A stretch of 64,000 bases of DNA from an uncultured Verrucomicrobiae bacterium (GTDB lineage: Bacteria; Verrucomicrobiota; Verrucomicrobiia; Chthoniobacterales; JAFAMB01): the NCBI GenBank assembly GCA_963837955.1, contig CAWIPH010000002.1:2592001-2656000 (forward strand), in the 5' to 3' direction. Positions 30,499 through 39,690 of the stretch are shown piece after piece; the first letter of the stretch is position 1; each line of letters begins with the position of its first letter. The position numbers and the translations under genes were made by a program. The notes under the pieces were generated by a model. That model worked only from the letters and a program-made list of their open reading frames with translations. It was not told the origin of the DNA and did no database searches.

Positions 30499-31089
30499 AT
30501 GCACAAGCACAAGACACAACAGAGCGTACAAGCAATCTCTGCCAGCTATGGCGTAAAGAAGCTTGGTCCGAAGGATGGTCGAACCATTGAGGTGGGTGGT
30601 GTTCGCTTGACTTGGAAAGCTAGGGGAGTGGATACCGGCTATGCCAATAGCATCTATGAAATGGACCTGCCCCCTGGTAAGGGCATTCCAATCCATAGTC
30701 ATCCATATGCGGAGGTGTTTTATGTAACTATCGGGTATACTGACTTTCTCCGGATCGATGAGCAAGGTCAGGAGGAGTGGGTACGCTGCGGCCCTGGGGA
30801 GACCCTAATTGCACCGGCAAACGCGTTGCACGCGTTTCACAATCGGACTGATGAGCCGACGCGCTTTCTCAGCTCCTCGGGTTACTACCATGAAGTCAGC
30901 CTGGAGAGATACGGTCAGGCAGTCGATATCAACTCCCCGTTGTCTCCGGAGAAGGAACCCACCGAGGCGGAGGCAGAGCAGTATCTGGAAGTACTTAAAG
31001 ATGCGATGAGCGTGCAGATGTACTTTCCGCAATCAAAAGCCGAGAGCGGGCTCGCTATTCTCCAGGAACTGGCTAAGCGGAACACGTAG
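30499..31089 (+). CDS. Cupin domain protein
   Basis: PPGKGIPIHSHPYAEVFYV...GPGETLIAPANALHAFHN; AGGAG RBS. Confidence 0.88.
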   Translation: MHKHKTQQSVQAISASYGVKKLGPKDGRTIEVGGVRLTWKARGVDTGYANSIYEMDLPPGKGIPIHSHPYAEVFYVTIGYTDFLRIDEQGQEEWVRCGPGETLIAPANALHAFHNRTDEPTRFLSSSGYYHEVSLERYGQAVDINSPLSPEKEPTEAEAEQYLEVLKDAMSVQMYFPQSKAESGLAILQELAKRNT

Positions 31090-31194
31090 GGTTGCTCTGT
31101 TTAGCGGGATTTGTTCTCTACGCCGACCACAGCTCTCCTGGGAGGTTACCGGGTCACCAGTAAAACCAGTATAACTGATCTGTAGCGGTCAAAT

Positions 31195-31240
31195 GGTAGG
31201 ACACCCTTACCGCTCTGGCAGGAATTAGGTAATCGTTGAG
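31195..31240 (+). promoter_or_regulatory. Second copy of the LysR-type promoter region
   Basis: ggtaggacacccttaccgctctggcaggaattaggtaatcgttga aligns with 23038-23082. Confidence 0.65.
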
Positions 31241-31316
31241 GCCGAGTTTCGGATCCAATGTTCGGTCGGACGTAGAAGAAGGAGGAAATTCGAATGAACA
31301 GATCTAACCGGAATTT

Positions 31317-31658
31317 TTCAGTTTGGATGCAAATTTGGCAAAGCGGTGAGGTACCGGCAGTCTAAGCAGAGTTTCCGGCGATCCGAACAAGAACTCACAG
31401 GCATTGAAAAGATTGCGCTCTACTAGAGGCCATAAACTACTAGCAGCACGAACGATTCGCAAAAGCTGCTGACTCTAACCAAAAAATTTAGAATCTATGA
31501 AATTAGGATTTATATGCCCCAATACGCCCGGTCACATTAATCCGATGACGGCGTTGGCCCGGCATTTACAAATACGTAATCACGAGGTAGTGTTCCTGTA
31601 TTCATCGGCAGCCGCCGGTTTACCATGTATACCTGACGATGCAAAGGACAAATTCAAT
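31317..31658 (+). repeat. ~340-bp diverged direct repeat (doxX 3' end, intergenic, GT 5' end), copy 1
   Basis: Aligns with 33979-34320. Confidence 0.88.
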
Positions 31659-32723
31659 GAGAATAGAGCGGAAATAAGTAAAAAGAGCGGAGAGAGCGGG
31701 ACACAGCAGGGTATGCGCGCCTTGATGCGGCAGGCCGAGTCAACATTGAAGTCGTTGCCAAGGATTGTAGATACTAATCAAATCGACGCGCTGGTAATTG
31801 ATTCCATTCAATTCTATGCGGAGTTGAGCGCGATCCAGTACGGTATACCATATGTACATGTCTGTAACGCCTTGCAGCTTGACTTTTCCGGGCGTACGCC
31901 TCTGTGCCTAACTAACTGGCCGCACGAGACTACACCCGAGGCGTTGGCTAGAAACCGAGATGGAGTCACGAGATTTGTTCAGGCGGTGCAAGACGCCAAC
32001 AGTGAGCTGAGAGCACACGCTGTGGCCGCCGGGCTAAAGATCGATTGGGACGACCTCTCTTCCACCCTCTCAAGCAGAGCATTAATTAATCAACTTCCCA
32101 AAGCATTCGACTTTGATAGTTCACATTGGCCATCGCATTGGCACCACACTGGACCATTCCATGACGACAAGGGACGCGAGCCGGTAAATTTCCCTTGGGA
32201 AAGAATAACCGGGCAACCGCTCGTTTATGCCTCGATGGGGACGATACTCAATGGCCGGATAGACGTATTCCAGACCATCGTCGAGGCCGTGGCCAAAAAT
32301 AAGGGGCTACAACTGGTGCTTTCCGTCGGGGATCAGATTGACCCGCTACAACTCGAACCGGCGCCGAAGAACGCCATTATCGTGAAGCAAGCGCCTCAAC
32401 TAGAACTGCTGAAGCAGGCATCGCTCTGCATCACCCACGCAGGACTAAACACTGTCTTGGAGTCTTTAGCTCAGGGAGTTCCGCAGGTCGCCATTCCCGT
32501 CACTTTTGACCAACCCGGTGTTGCCGCCAGGATTGCACACTATCAGACCGGCGTGGTCACTTCGTTTGACAAATTGACTCCGGACCGTCTCTCGAGGTGC
32601 GTAAATGAGGCTCTACAAGACCCCACTTTCCGGAATAACTCGCGTAAACTGCAAGTGGAGATCGGTAAGGCTAATGGGCTGTCTGTCGCCGCTGACATAG
32701 TTGAACGAGCCGCTGGAACGTAA
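31497..32723 (+). CDS. GT1/MGT-family UDP-glycosyltransferase
   Basis: PGHINPM, YASMGT, APQLELL...CITHAGLNTVLESLAQGVP...FDQPGVAAR. Confidence 0.92.
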   Translation: MKLGFICPNTPGHINPMTALARHLQIRNHEVVFLYSSAAAGLPCIPDDAKDKFNENRAEISKKSGESGTQQGMRALMRQAESTLKSLPRIVDTNQIDALVIDSIQFYAELSAIQYGIPYVHVCNALQLDFSGRTPLCLTNWPHETTPEALARNRDGVTRFVQAVQDANSELRAHAVAAGLKIDWDDLSSTLSSRALINQLPKAFDFDSSHWPSHWHHTGPFHDDKGREPVNFPWERITGQPLVYASMGTILNGRIDVFQTIVEAVAKNKGLQLVLSVGDQIDPLQLEPAPKNAIIVKQAPQLELLKQASLCITHAGLNTVLESLAQGVPQVAIPVTFDQPGVAARIAHYQTGVVTSFDKLTPDRLSRCVNEALQDPTFRNNSRKLQVEIGKANGLSVAADIVERAAGT

Positions 32724-32799
32724 TCCCAGGCCGTTTTCGGATCGTGCAACGAATCTCCGCGAGACAAAAAGACTCAGACAAGAAATCCAGTTTTACAAC

Positions 32800-33503
32800 A
32801 TGATTGAGGAAGAAAAGACCAGGAGCCAGATCGCTATTCTAAATCAGGAGTTTCTTACGAGTTGGGAACTCTGCACCAGACCGTTCCAGGGGGCCGAGCT
32901 ATCGGACAGACCCGGAATCGCTACGCGATGGGCCAACATCGCCTTCCGTTTTTATAATGCCATCTGCCTGATAGCAGAAATATACGACGAAGAGGCACTC
33001 GCGCACACAGTACGAGAGGGAATTGACTTCATGCGCGCTAGGACGTGTCCCGGCTGGATGGTGGTTCCGCTGGAGAGTTTAACTGACAAGGCCCAAAGTG
33101 CCTTACCCGGTCCAGTTGAAACATTGCAGCTCGCTTCAATGCCGGCAACGGGCATGGCAGGCGAGATTCTGCCTTTGGAGGAGAAAGTCAATCGCAACCT
33201 GAGCTTCGAGCGTATTCGTGATGACGACACCGTCGGTGCATTCGCCGAGCTGAACTGCCTGGCCTACGGGTTCCCAGCGGAATCGTGTGTGATAGCTCTA
33301 TTTTCCTCTTTCTGGTGGCAACCAGGCCGGACGCACAGCGCCAGGGTTATGCAGATGCCGTCATCCGGCGCGCTCTCAATTCGGCGCACGCGGCCACCGG
33401 CATCAGACGCACTTCGCTGCAGGCAGATGCCGGCCGTCCGGTTTATCGACGCTTGGGCTACCTCGATGTTTGCCGGTTTGCTTGCCTTTGGCCGGTATCC
33501 TGA
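32800..33503 (+). pseudogene. GNAT acetyltransferase, disrupted by frameshift or internal deletion near 33285
   Basis: First frame ...FAELNCLAYGFP; second frame LFLVATRPDAQRQGYADAV...AGRPVYRRLGY (GNAT motifs A and B). Confidence 0.75.
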
Positions 33504-33576
33504 AACTCGCGGCCGGCAACCTGCATAACGATCCACGAGGCGAGCTTTTGATACTTGAGATGCGTTTCTCTCCGGT

Positions 33577-34011
33577 ATGGCCAGGTTGAGACAAGTTCTG
33601 CTTCTGGGCTCGATCTCATCGAGGGTCGATCTCGCGTTGTTAATGCTGCGGGTTTGGGTAGGTATGAGCCTATTTCTCAGACATGGTCTGGGAAAACTCT
33701 TTGGATCGGCAGATGCGATCAGTCAGTTTCCTGATCCACTGCACCTTGGGAGTCATTTCAGCTTCATCGTGGCGACGAGTTCCGATAGCTTTTGTTCGAT
33801 CCTAGTTGTAGCAGGCTTGGTCGCACGTTGGGCAGCGTTGCTGATCTTCAGCAACATCTTTGTGGCCTGGGCGCTGGTGGTCCATTTTCAGTTCTTCGCT
33901 CACGGGGTCAGTCCGGGAGAGGCGATGTTTCTGTATCTGGGTGGGTTCATTACCATCGCTCTTGCTGGCCCTGGGCGATTTAGTGTGGATGCATGGTTGG
34001 CCAAGCGCTGA
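33577..34011 (+). CDS. DoxX family membrane protein
   Basis: DLALLMLRV...HGLGKL...FPDPLHLG...GE.MFLYL...GPGRFSVD. Confidence 0.9.
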   Translation: MARLRQVLLLGSISSRVDLALLMLRVWVGMSLFLRHGLGKLFGSADAISQFPDPLHLGSHFSFIVATSSDSFCSILVVAGLVARWAALLIFSNIFVAWALVVHFQFFAHGVSPGEAMFLYLGGFITIALAGPGRFSVDAWLAKR

Positions 34012-34158
34012 GATACCGGCCTTCTAACCAGAGTTTCCGGCAATCCGGACAAGAACCAACGGCATTGAAAAGATTGCGCTCTATTAGAGCGCCATGAACT
34101 ACTAGCAGCACGAACGATTCGCAAAAGCTGCTGACTCTAGCCAAAAAATTTAGGATCT

Positions 34159-34320
34159 GTGAAAATAGGATTTATATGCCCTAACACGCCCGGTCACATT
34201 AATCCGATGACGGCGTTGGCCCGGCATCTACAAATACGTAATCACGAGGTACTGTTCCTCTATTCATCGGCTACCGCCGGTTTACCATGTATAGCTGACG
34301 ATGCAAAGGACCAATTCAAT
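34159..34320 (+). pseudogene. 5' fragment of glycosyltransferase (duplicate of the 31497 start)
   Basis: KIGFICPNTPGHINPMTALARHLQIRNHEV...; similarity stops at 34320. Confidence 0.9.
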
Positions 34321-34564
34321 GCTCCCGGGCGTCGGGCACGCCGCATCAAAGGAAATGACTAACCAGCAAGATCATATTGGCACTAGTTTTCGCGATGTCG
34401 ATCGGCTTGCTAACATCGGATGTCAATTCCCACGCTATTTAGCGTACATTATCGCGCGAATAGGCGAATGACCGAACGGAGCGACGAGGTGAACGACGTC
34501 TCCGAAGTCTTCGCTTTTTGCGATCTAACTATCTGCAATTGAAAAGTGTCTAAGCCCTATTCAC

Positions 34565-35437
34565 ATGAAGACGATACGAACCGCTGTTGCGGCAATTGGG
34601 TATTTGGAGAGCGGGTCGGCGGATGGGTTCCCGGTGTTGCTCTTGCATGGGTTTCCGGATGATGCGCATACGTGGGACGGCGTCGTAGCAAAGCTCGATG
34701 GGGCACCGCTCCGTCTGTTGCGCCCGTTTCAGCGCGGGTTCGGGCCGAGCCGAGTGACGGTCCCTGACGCGCACACTGGTCAAGTGGGGGCGTTGGCACA
34801 AGACGTTCTTGATTTCGCCGATGCGCTGGGGATCGACCGGTTCGGGTTGATCGGCCAGGATTGGGGTAGCCGGGCTGCGCACGCGGCGGCCGTTCTTGCG
34901 CCGCAGCGGATAACCCGTTTGATCGCATTGGCGACGGGTTATGGGCCAGGTCCGGACGATCCGGAGCTGCGGTTGCGTCAGGCGCAAGCCTTTTGGTATC
35001 AATGGTGGTTTCATACCGAAATTGGCCGGCTGGCGCTGGAACAGGATCGCGCGACCCTGTGTGCTTATCTTTGGCGTGTGTGGTCACCGGAGTGGCGATT
35101 TAGTCCGGACGAGTTTGCGGCGATTGTGCCCAGCCTTGAGAACGAGCAATTCGTTGAGACCGTCATTCACTATTACCGGCATCGCCGGAATGCGGCGCCG
35201 GGGAATCAACGTTACGAGCAGCAGGAAAATAAGCTGCGTGGTACACCGCCGATTCCGGTTCCGACCGTGTTCGTCTGCGGAACAGCGGATGCGTGTAATT
35301 TGCCGGAAAGCTATCGCGGAAATGAGAAGCTTTTTCCAGCCGAGCTTGAACGGATCGACCTACCTGGGGTTGGACATTTTGTGCAAAGGGAACGTCCGGA
35401 TGTGGTTGCGGGCTACGTGCGCTTGTTCTGTGAATAA
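34565..35437 (+). CDS. Alpha/beta hydrolase (epoxide hydrolase-like)
   Basis: LLLHGFPD, RGFGPS, GQDWG nucleophile elbow, GHFVQRE. Confidence 0.92.
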   Translation: MKTIRTAVAAIGYLESGSADGFPVLLLHGFPDDAHTWDGVVAKLDGAPLRLLRPFQRGFGPSRVTVPDAHTGQVGALAQDVLDFADALGIDRFGLIGQDWGSRAAHAAAVLAPQRITRLIALATGYGPGPDDPELRLRQAQAFWYQWWFHTEIGRLALEQDRATLCAYLWRVWSPEWRFSPDEFAAIVPSLENEQFVETVIHYYRHRRNAAPGNQRYEQQENKLRGTPPIPVPTVFVCGTADACNLPESYRGNEKLFPAELERIDLPGVGHFVQRERPDVVAGYVRLFCE

Positions 35438-35459
35438 CAAATGGCCCGCTGGCGTTGTC

Positions 35460-35790
35460 ATGTCGATAGAAAATCCGACCTGCGATATTAAAACGGTTCG
35501 CGCAGGGGTGTTGGAAGTGGCTTACCTCGAGTTCGGCGAAGCCAACGGCTGGGCCGTAATCCACTCGCACCGGTTTCCATTCGACGTACACGCGTACGAG
35601 CAAGTGGCGGCGCAACTCGCCGGCCATGGTGCAAGAGTCATTGTTCCCTTTCTGCGGGGGTTTGGGCCAACTCGCTTTTTTGTCCGAGGCGACGATGCGC
35701 AGCGGGCAACAGGCGGCATTGGGGTCCGATCTCCTCGCATTGCTGGATGCGCTCAAGATCGAAACAGCGATTCTGGGCGGCTACGACGAG
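35460..35790 (+). pseudogene. Alpha/beta hydrolase 5' fragment with frameshift, truncated near the element
   Basis: HRFPFDVHAY...PFLRGFGPTRF, extra T in 35676-35681, then LSEATMRSGQQAALGSDL...LGGYD; ends ~40 bp before the IR. Confidence 0.85.
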
Positions 35791-35830
35791 TGGGCTCCCG
35801 CCACCCTCGCCAACAACGCTTCGCCCTTAG

Positions 35831-36263
35831 GGGGTCACTCCTCCGTTTGTAAAAAATTGTACGCTAAGGGGCAAAGTCGGGAAGCGGTTGGCTCCGAAGT
35901 GGACGCAGCTTTCGATATCGCCGGGGTCTGCGCTCACCTGCGCAGCGATCCAACGCAGCATCGTCGCCGGAATTCGTTCCTCCGGCGTCCACGCCCATCC
36001 CGGATGGCGTAAAAAGCACAGTTGTACCGCTATTCCAAGCCGGTTGCTATTGGTCCTGTGAGCGCCGATGAATTCCAAATCGCTCGGCCTGAAGCGGTAG
36101 CGCTCTTCGAGCTCACGAAGGCCGGTCGGTAACGCTAGCAACTGCACTCTCTGAGCCCTGGAGAGAAGCTCGCGCCGCTTACTCGTGTTTGCCTCCAAGA
36201 GGCCATCTTATTCTAGTAACAGACCCTTAGCGTACAATTTTTTACAAACGGAGGAGTGACCCC
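35831..36263 (-). mobile_element. Non-autonomous Tn3-family miniature element, copy 2 (433 bp)
   Basis: Same sequence and orientation as copy 1; both 38-bp IRs perfect (copy 1 lacks one T in its right IR). Confidence 0.95.
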
Positions 36264-36397
36264 GATCATGCAATCATGACAAAACCTGGCGGCCCAGCTG
36301 GCAACGCACTTGAACAGCGAATTTTTTTAGTTCGTGTTCAGGTTTCAAATTGTGCGCTGACTGACCACATGCCGATGCGTCGCCACATGGAGTTGGT

Positions 36398-36802
36398 CTA
36401 GCGCATCCGTTTATCGGTCATTTTTGCGCGTGCGATCTGGAGCTCAACGGGTTCCGAGACCATAGCTCTCACTTCGACAGTTTGACCGAACTCGAGACCC
36501 GGGCAGCCTTTGGCTATCTCCGTGGCTTGTTCAGGACTGTCCGCTTGAATGATAAAGAAGCCTGCAATTGCTTCCTTGGATTCTGCAAACGGGCCGTCCG
36601 TCATCACATTCCCGCCTGAGAGAATTTTACCGTCGTGCGCTAAGGGCCCCCCGTGTTTGAACCGCCCCTCATTGCTTAGTCGCTCGAACCACGCAGTGAA
36701 TCGAGCCATGTTTTGCTGAATCTCTTCTGGAGAGAGATCTTTGTGCCAACCGGTATTTCGGAAAAGCAGCAGATATTCTGATGTCGTCCTTTTTTCGATC
36801 AT
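36398..36802 (-). CDS. YciI/DGPF family protein
   Basis: EYLLLFRN...TDGPFAESKEAIAGF...GCPGL...VEVR. Confidence 0.92.
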   Translation of the reverse strand: MIEKRTTSEYLLLFRNTGWHKDLSPEEIQQNMARFTAWFERLSNEGRFKHGGPLAHDGKILSGGNVMTDGPFAESKEAIAGFFIIQADSPEQATEIAKGCPGLEFGQTVEVRAMVSEPVELQIARAKMTDKRMR

Positions 36803-36844
36803 AGTCGTGTCACCTGCTTGACGTCTTCGTTTGTTTAAACATGC

Positions 36845-36872
36845 GACGAACGAGATAACAATGATCAGGACA
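36845..36872 (-). promoter_or_regulatory. ECF-sigma-like promoter motif
   Basis: Minus strand tgtcctgatcattgttatctcgttcgtc, matching 18307-18333. Confidence 0.6.
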
Positions 36873-36962
36873 CTTCACGTCGTTTTTGGTGTAAAAATCG
36901 ACGGTTCACCTAAATCGCGCAAGAGACTGATTCTTGATGGGACTAGACCGAATGTTTTGCCT

Positions 36963-37979
36963 TCATTCCGCCTTCAGACTGGTCTGGTACGCTTCGATCC
37001 CCTTAATAATCTGTGGGTTCAATTCATACTTGATTGCGTCTGCTGCCGCACGGATGGCGTTTTTAATGGCTACGGGAGAGCTTGCTCCGTGCGCTATGAT
37101 GCAGGTCCCGTTGACTCCCAGCAGCTGGCTACCACCGTATTCGTCCGGGTTTAGCTTGCCGCGGATCGTCTTAAACGCACCCTTGGCAAAAAACGCGCCC
37201 AACTTACGAATGGGGGTTTTGAAGAGCTGATGTTTCAACGAAGCGAAAATCGCCTGCGCGGCCGCTTCCGAAGTCTTAAGCACCACATTGCCAGTGAATC
37301 CATCGCAGACGACAACGTCGACCGGATTCTCGAACAGATCGAAGCCTTCGATGTTTCCATGGAAATTCAACGTTGTTCGTTTCAATAACTTGAACGCCTC
37401 TTTCGTGGTTTCATTACCCGTCGTATCCTCCTCGCCGATCGACATCAAGGCGACCCTCGGGTTGAGCCGGCCGAGGACATAGCGCGCGCAAACGCTCCCC
37501 ATGATCGCGAATTGTACCAGGTTCTCCGGATCGGAATCGGGATTCGCACCGGCATCGATCAGCACAAACACTTTCGTTTCGGTCGGCATGAGACAAGCTA
37601 CGCCGGGCCTGGTGACTCCGGGGAGCGTTCGAAGCTTCAATACCGATGCTGCAACGACGGCTCCGGTATGGCCAGCCGAAACCATCGCTTGGACCGTGTC
37701 GTTCTTTACCAGGTCGATTGCTCGAGAAATTGATGCGTCCTTCTTTTGCCGGATGGCTCTGGCCGCTGATTCATGCATGTCGATAACCTCGTTCGCATGA
37801 AAAATTTCAATACGGGGATCCTGACAACCAGTGCGCCGCAATTCGGTTTCGATAGCTTGAGTCCTACCGACCAGCACCAGTTTTTCGATCTGAGGGAGCT
37901 CTTTAAGCGCTAAGACAGTTCCCTCAATGGTGTTTTTGGGGGCGTAGTCGCCGCCCATCGCATCTAAAGCAATTCTCAT
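36963..37979 (-). CDS. plsX: Phosphate acyltransferase PlsX
   Basis: MRIALDAMGGDYAP, SAGHTGA, DAGAN, GNIEG, VVVCDGFTGNVVLKTSE, LLGVNG..IIAHGAS. Confidence 0.96.
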   Translation of the reverse strand: MRIALDAMGGDYAPKNTIEGTVLALKELPQIEKLVLVGRTQAIETELRRTGCQDPRIEIFHANEVIDMHESAARAIRQKKDASISRAIDLVKNDTVQAMVSAGHTGAVVAASVLKLRTLPGVTRPGVACLMPTETKVFVLIDAGANPDSDPENLVQFAIMGSVCARYVLGRLNPRVALMSIGEEDTTGNETTKEAFKLLKRTTLNFHGNIEGFDLFENPVDVVVCDGFTGNVVLKTSEAAAQAIFASLKHQLFKTPIRKLGAFFAKGAFKTIRGKLNPDEYGGSQLLGVNGTCIIAHGASSPVAIKNAIRAAADAIKYELNPQIIKGIEAYQTSLKAE

Positions 37980-38110
37980 AAACGGCGGTGTGGGGAGAAG
38001 CCAGCCAACACGCAGCAGGATGCTACCGACGATGCGAGTCCTAGCAACGGAAAAAGTCTAGAGCTTAGAGCTCGGAGTCAAGAGCAGCGACCATCGTCTT
38101 TACCCAGGGC

Positions 38111-38200
38111 GGGGAGGGATCGCGTCCAGGCCGGGTATCGTGTGCAGACATCCGAAAGGCTATGTCGGACAGGCTGTGCGCCCTCCCCCTTCGGGGTAGA
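38111..38200. repeat. Family R3 palindromic repeat, partial copy
   Basis: catccgaaaggctatgtcggacaggctgtgcgccctcccc is the reverse complement of the 52140-52179 arm. Confidence 0.8.
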
Positions 38201-38529
38201 AGAAAATTTAGTCTCATAAGCACGTGAAATGTGGAATTGATCAGGCGGGCAGTAATCAACCACGATGATGTGATCGAGGTTTTACGAGTCGATTCGCAGC
38301 CGTCTTCATTGTCCTCGCCCAAGAAGCAGCCCTACTCCGCGCGCTTCTGACCACCGGTTCTTCGGAGGCGGCGGGTTGACGCCCTTGCAAACAATAGTTA
38401 TACGGGGATTAGAGATTCGGCATTCGCCCTGAGGGCCACTTTGCTAAACAAGCCCACGCCGAGCCTCTTGAGCTTCGGTGGCTTTGCTGACGGCGAAGTA
38501 TTTGCTCATGCGCACGATAGGAGGACGAC

Positions 38530-39657
38530 ATGGCCGACGTTGATCGGATCCTGATCGTTGGGGGTGGCATCGCTGGCCTCTCCCTGGCGACCGCCCTGCA
38601 CCGTCAGGGCTACACTCCAGAGCTCGTTGAACGCAGCACAGCGTGGCCGGCGGTCGGGGCAGGGATCAATCTGCCTGCGAATGGGGTGCGGGTCCTGCGG
38701 GCGCTCGGCGTCGGGGAGGCTGTCGATCGGACCGCCGCTGTGCTCCGCCGCTGGGGATTCTTTGACCAGCAAGGGGACCTGCTCTGCGAGACCGATCTGG
38801 GAGAGCTCTGGCGCGATGTAGGCCCTTGTCTGGGCATTGCGCGTGTCAGACTGCAGGAGGCGCTGCTAACCGGTGCTGCTGCTGTACCGCATCGATTGGG
38901 TGTCTCGCTTACGGCCATGACCCAGGATGATAACGGGGTCTGGGTCAGCCTAAGTGACGGCGGGTCCGGCAATTACGATCTGGTGGTTGGAGCGGACGGC
39001 ATCTATTCGACCGTGCGCGAGCTCGCGGTGAGCTCTTCCTCACCCGGCTATGCTGGGCAGATGGTCTGGCGGAGCATCATACCGACACGCCCTCGAGGGA
39101 TAGTCGACATGATGGTTCTCGTGGGCGAGGGATGCTTTTTCGGGCTGGTCCCGATGGGCGAGGGCTATACTTATGGTTTTGGAGCCGTCGACGGGAAGCG
39201 CTTCGAGGAACCCCTCGCGGGACGTCTGGAACACTTCCGACGCCGCTTTGTTGGATTCGGCGGGCCGGTTCCGGCGTATCTCGCTGCCCTGCAATGTGAT
39301 GAGCAGCTGCACGTTGGGCCGATTGAATGGGTCGAGCTCGACGAGTGGTATCGCGGCCGGGTGGTCCTGATTGGGGATGCTGCGCATGCCGGCCCCCCGC
39401 ACATGGGCGAGGGAGGTTGTATGGCCATGGAGGACGCCCTGGTGTTGGCAGATTGCCTCCGCAGGGCGGACAGCGTCGAGTCCGCACTCGAGGCGTACGT
39501 CCGAAGGCGCAGGCCTCGAGCCGACTGGATCCAGGAGCAGAGTCGCGCCGCGGCACAGGCCTGGGTCCTGCCGCCCGCCGTCCGTAACGCCGCTTTGCGC
39601 GAGCGAGGAGACCAGATGTTTCGCGACCGCTATCGACCGCTTATTCCGCTGCCGTAG
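38530..39657 (+). CDS. FAD-dependent monooxygenase (group A flavoprotein)
   Basis: GGGIAG, DLVVGADGIYS, LIGDAAHA.PP.MGEGGCMAMEDA. Confidence 0.93.
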   Translation: MADVDRILIVGGGIAGLSLATALHRQGYTPELVERSTAWPAVGAGINLPANGVRVLRALGVGEAVDRTAAVLRRWGFFDQQGDLLCETDLGELWRDVGPCLGIARVRLQEALLTGAAAVPHRLGVSLTAMTQDDNGVWVSLSDGGSGNYDLVVGADGIYSTVRELAVSSSSPGYAGQMVWRSIIPTRPRGIVDMMVLVGEGCFFGLVPMGEGYTYGFGAVDGKRFEEPLAGRLEHFRRRFVGFGGPVPAYLAALQCDEQLHVGPIEWVELDEWYRGRVVLIGDAAHAGPPHMGEGGCMAMEDALVLADCLRRADSVESALEAYVRRRRPRADWIQEQSRAAAQAWVLPPAVRNAALRERGDQMFRDRYRPLIPLP

Positions 39658-39690
39658 CCGGTTGATAGCCAATTGCATGGAAACATTTGC

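Larger units (their letters stand above)
19132..36263. mobile_element. Composite element bounded by two direct copies of a Tn3-derived miniature element, with 5-bp TSD GATCA
   Basis: GATCA at 19127-19131 and at 36264-36268; inner flanks (TGGTT, CTTAG) do not match each other; truncated genes at both cargo edges. Confidence 0.9.
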
